Shown piece after piece: positions 24,624 through 27,512 of a DNA stretch of 27,512 bases; position 1 is the stretch's first letter, and each line of letters starts with the position of its first letter. The position numbers and the translations under genes were made by a program. The stretch is taken from NCBI GenBank assembly GCA_041739675.1, contig JBGSNL010000051.1, positions 1 through 27,512 of the forward strand, in the 5' to 3' direction. The notes below the pieces were generated by a model. The model searched no databases, had not been told where the DNA came from, and was given only the letters and a program-made list of their open reading frames with translations. Origin of the DNA: a bacterium. GTDB taxonomy: Bacteria; UBA10199; 2-02-FULL-44-16; DYJF01.

Positions 24624-27131
24624 ATGGCGAAGGATATGACGACACCTTATGTGAACACGATTCCTCCCCACAAGGAACCGCCATATCCCGGCGACCGTAA
24701 AATCGAAAGAAAAATAAAGAGCTTTGTGCGCTGGAACGCCATGGCGATGGTGGTGCAAGCGAACCGCATCCACTCAGGGCTTGGCGGCCACATCTCAACT
24801 TACGCATCATGCGCAACATTGTATGAAGTGGGCTTCAACCACTTTTTCCGCGGCGGTGAAGACGGCCAGGTTGCCGATCTGGTTTATTTTCAGGGGCATG
24901 CCTCGCCCGGAAATTATGCGCGTGCGTATCTTGAAGGGAGAATAGACGAGACGCATCTTCACCATTTTCGTCAGGAGCTCTCCGAAGGGGGCGGGCTTCC
25001 ATCATATCCTCATCCATATCTGATGCCGGACTTCTGGCAGTTTCCCACGGTTTCAATGGGGCTTGGCCCCATCATGTCGATCTATCAGGCGCGTTTTTTG
25101 AGATATGCAAAGGCGCGCGGTTTAACCTCTGGCCCGGAGCCGCGCGTCTGGTGCTTCGTGGGGGACGGCGAGACCGACGAGCCGGAGAGTATGGGGGCGC
25201 TGACTTTAGCGTCGCGCGAGAATCTTGATAACCTCATCTGGGTCGTGAACTGCAACCTTCAGCGCCTTGACGGCCCGGTGAGGGGAAACGGAAAGATTAT
25301 TCAGGAACTCGAAGCCCACTTCAAAGGGGCGGGATGGAACGTCATCAAGGTGATATGGGGTTCAAACTGGGATCCACTGCTTGCTGCGGATCGCCAAGGG
25401 CTGCTGGTAAAGAGGATGGAGGAGGTCACCGACGGCGATTTTCAAAAATACAGCGTCTCTCCCGGAAGCTATATCAGAAAACATTTTTTCGAAAAATATC
25501 CCGAGCTCGTGAGAATGGTGGATCACTTAACGGACGACGATCTCAGAAAACTTCTTCGCGGCGGCCACGACCCGCAGAAAGTTCATGCGGCCTACAAGGC
25601 GGCTGTGGACTACAAGGGTGGGCCCACCGTTATTTTGGCGCAGACTGTGAAAGGCTATGGGCTTGGCGAAGCCGGCGAAGGAAGAAACATCACGCATCAG
25701 CAAAAAAAGCTCAACGAAAAGGAGCTTCGAGAATTCCGCGACCGTTTTGAAATTCCCGTCACCGACGAAGATATTCCCAATGCGCCGTTTTACAGACCGT
25801 CAAAAGACAGCGCGGAGATAAAATATCTTCTGGAGAGGAGAAAAGCGCTTGGGGGTTTTTTGCCGGAGCGCAAGGAAAGGGCCGCCCCGCTTGAAACGCC
25901 CACCCTTGACTGGTTCGCGGAATATCTGAAGGGCTCGGGGCAATTTTTGATCGCCACGACGATGGTCTTTGCAAGGATCTTGAACCAGCTCTTGCGTGTC
26001 CCGGATATAGGAAAGCGCGTTGTGCCGATCATTCCCGATGAGGCGAGAACCTTCGGCCTAGATGCGCTCTTCCGCGAGTTCGGAATCTATTCTCCCCAGG
26101 GCCAGCTCTACGAACCGGTCGACCGAGAATCGTTTCTCTTCTACAACGAGAAAAAAGACGGGCAAGTGTTGGAAGAGGGGATTTGCGAGGCGGGAGCCGC
26201 GTCATCTTTCATCGCCGCCGGCGGCGCGCACACGACAATCGGGTCTCACATGATCCCGTTCTTCATCTACTATTCGATGTTCGGCTTCCAGCGCGTGGGT
26301 GATCTCTTTTGGGCGGCGGGCGACGCGAGGACGAAAGGTTTTCTGTGCGGCGCAACTGCGGGCAGGACGACCCTAATGGGCGAAGGGCTTCAGCATCAGG
26401 ACGGCCACAGCCACCTTATGGCTTCAACGATTCCCAACCTCATGCCATACGATCCGGCGTTTGCCTATGAAGTGGCCGTCATAATTCAGGATGGCCTGAA
26501 GAGAATGTATCGCGACGGCGAAGACATTTTTTATTATCTTACATTATATAATGAAACCTACATGATGCCGCCGATGCCCGAAGGCGTGAAAGATGGGATT
26601 CTCAAAGGCCTCTACAAATTCAAAAAAGGCGCTGGCGGAAAAAAATTCAAGACGCATCTTATAGGAAGCGGCCCCATCATAAGAGAAGCGCTCAAGGCGC
26701 AGGCCATACTGGAAAATTACGGCGTCTCGGCCGACGTGTGGAGCGCAACAAGTTACACGCTCCTGAGGCGCGAGGCGCTCTGCGCGCGAAGATGGAACAT
26801 GTTGCATCCGGCTTCAAGTCCGCAGGAGTCCTATCTCGAAACCGTGCTGAAAAATGAAAAGGGTGTCTTCGTGGCGGCGTCCGATTACATGCGCATCGTG
26901 GCCGACCAGATAGCGCCGTGGGTGCCGGAAGGCCTCGTGAGTCTGGGTACTGACGGGTTCGGCAGAAGCGACACGCGCGAGAGATTGCGCGCTTTTTTCC
27001 AGGTGGACGCCGCGAGTTATGTCATCGCTACGCTCCACGCGTTGGCCGAAAGAAAACTGGTAGAAAAGAACGTGATTGCGAAGGCGATCAAGGATTTACA
27101 TGTTACAACAGACAGGCCGTGCCCCTTTTAG
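24624..27131 (+). CDS. aceE: Pyruvate dehydrogenase E1, homodimeric type (short N-terminus)
   Basis: YVNTIP, GGHISTYAS, QGHASPG, FPTVSMGLGP, ThDP motif GDGETDEPE...NCNLQRLDG, DEARTFG, GEGLQHQDG, LGTDGFGRSD. Confidence 0.96.
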   Translation: MAKDMTTPYVNTIPPHKEPPYPGDRKIERKIKSFVRWNAMAMVVQANRIHSGLGGHISTYASCATLYEVGFNHFFRGGEDGQVADLVYFQGHASPGNYARAYLEGRIDETHLHHFRQELSEGGGLPSYPHPYLMPDFWQFPTVSMGLGPIMSIYQARFLRYAKARGLTSGPEPRVWCFVGDGETDEPESMGALTLASRENLDNLIWVVNCNLQRLDGPVRGNGKIIQELEAHFKGAGWNVIKVIWGSNWDPLLAADRQGLLVKRMEEVTDGDFQKYSVSPGSYIRKHFFEKYPELVRMVDHLTDDDLRKLLRGGHDPQKVHAAYKAAVDYKGGPTVILAQTVKGYGLGEAGEGRNITHQQKKLNEKELREFRDRFEIPVTDEDIPNAPFYRPSKDSAEIKYLLERRKALGGFLPERKERAAPLETPTLDWFAEYLKGSGQFLIATTMVFARILNQLLRVPDIGKRVVPIIPDEARTFGLDALFREFGIYSPQGQLYEPVDRESFLFYNEKKDGQVLEEGICEAGAASSFIAAGGAHTTIGSHMIPFFIYYSMFGFQRVGDLFWAAGDARTKGFLCGATAGRTTLMGEGLQHQDGHSHLMASTIPNLMPYDPAFAYEVAVIIQDGLKRMYRDGEDIFYYLTLYNETYMMPPMPEGVKDGILKGLYKFKKGAGGKKFKTHLIGSGPIIREALKAQAILENYGVSADVWSATSYTLLRREALCARRWNMLHPASSPQESYLETVLKNEKGVFVAASDYMRIVADQIAPWVPEGLVSLGTDGFGRSDTRERLRAFFQVDAASYVIATLHALAERKLVEKNVIAKAIKDLHVTTDRPCPF

Positions 27132-27184
27132 GGGACACTTCTCCTGTTCGCGCAGATAACATGTGAAAATGAGAAGTGTCCCCT
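27130..27184. repeat. 14-bp perfect inverted repeat between aceE and aceF (REP-like)
   Basis: AGGGGACACTTCTC (27130-27143) and GAGAAGTGTCCCCT (27171-27184), with a 27-nt spacer and no T-tract. Confidence 0.8.
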
Positions 27185-27197
27185 CATGGAGGTTTTT

Positions 27198-27512
27198 ATG
27201 GAAGTGAAAATCCCGGTGCTTGCCGAGAACGTCAAAAGCGGAACCGTCGTCAAGTTCCACGTGTCGGAAGGCGACACCGTCAAAAAGGATCAGGAAATAC
27301 TGGAGCTTGAAACTGAAAAGGCGGTCGTCGTGCTGCCTTCGCCAGCGGCAGGCGTTGTAACAAAGATACATGTGAAAGAGGGAGACGAAGTTCAAGTGGG
27401 ACAGGTTGTTTTTTCAATTGCTGAAGGAAAAGAAACAAAGGCGCCGCCACCTGTGCGTGAAGAAAAGCCTGTGAAAAAAGAGGCGCCGGTTCAGGCGCCT
27501 GCGGTTGTGCCG
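27198..27512 (+). CDS. aceF: Dihydrolipoamide acetyltransferase E2, partial (lipoyl domain and linker)
   Basis: GGAGG RBS; MEVKIPVLAENVKSGTV...GDTVKKDQEILELETEKA lipoyl motif; Pro/Ala/Lys linker; runs off the window. Confidence 0.88.
   Translation, partial: MEVKIPVLAENVKSGTVVKFHVSEGDTVKKDQEILELETEKAVVVLPSPAAGVVTKIHVKEGDEVQVGQVVFSIAEGKETKAPPPVREEKPVKKEAPVQAPAVVP

Noticed and set aside
1..27512. CRISPR array, prophage, transposase or defence genes
   Set aside because: No regularly spaced direct repeats or recognisable proteins of these classes were seen.

Overview
27.5 kb of bacterial chromosome with a deltaproteobacterial-like gene content (MglA GTPase, myxobacterial-type Ser/Thr kinase, PilZ protein); the taxonomy is inferred, not proven. 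Housekeeping genes include tal, trmJ, metK, purC, menA, menG/ubiE, a CDF transporter, tRNA-Glu(CTC), a lipoate ligase, aceE and the start of aceF. Main points of interest: (1) a tightly coupled seven-gene operon joining a four-subunit 2-oxoacid:ferredoxin oxidoreductase to a HydCBA/NuoEFG-like module that has no catalytic centre of its own, a candidate electron-bifurcating 'Por-Bfu' complex; (2) an MglA with no neighbouring mglB and substitutions at both hydrolysis-critical positions (G21P, Q82D), behind an apparently leaderless promoter; (3) several palindromic elements, namely two adjacent long fold-backs (166 and 217 bp) between pilZ and trmJ that share complementary motifs, a 39-bp hairpin inserted in frame in an MFS transporter, and a 14-bp inverted repeat between aceE and aceF; (4) an AceE lacking the N-terminal E2-binding segment; (5) orphan secreted or low-complexity proteins, two behind sigma28-like GCCGATAA boxes. 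No CRISPR array, integrase or transposase was seen. All calls come from reading motifs by eye; no searches were run.
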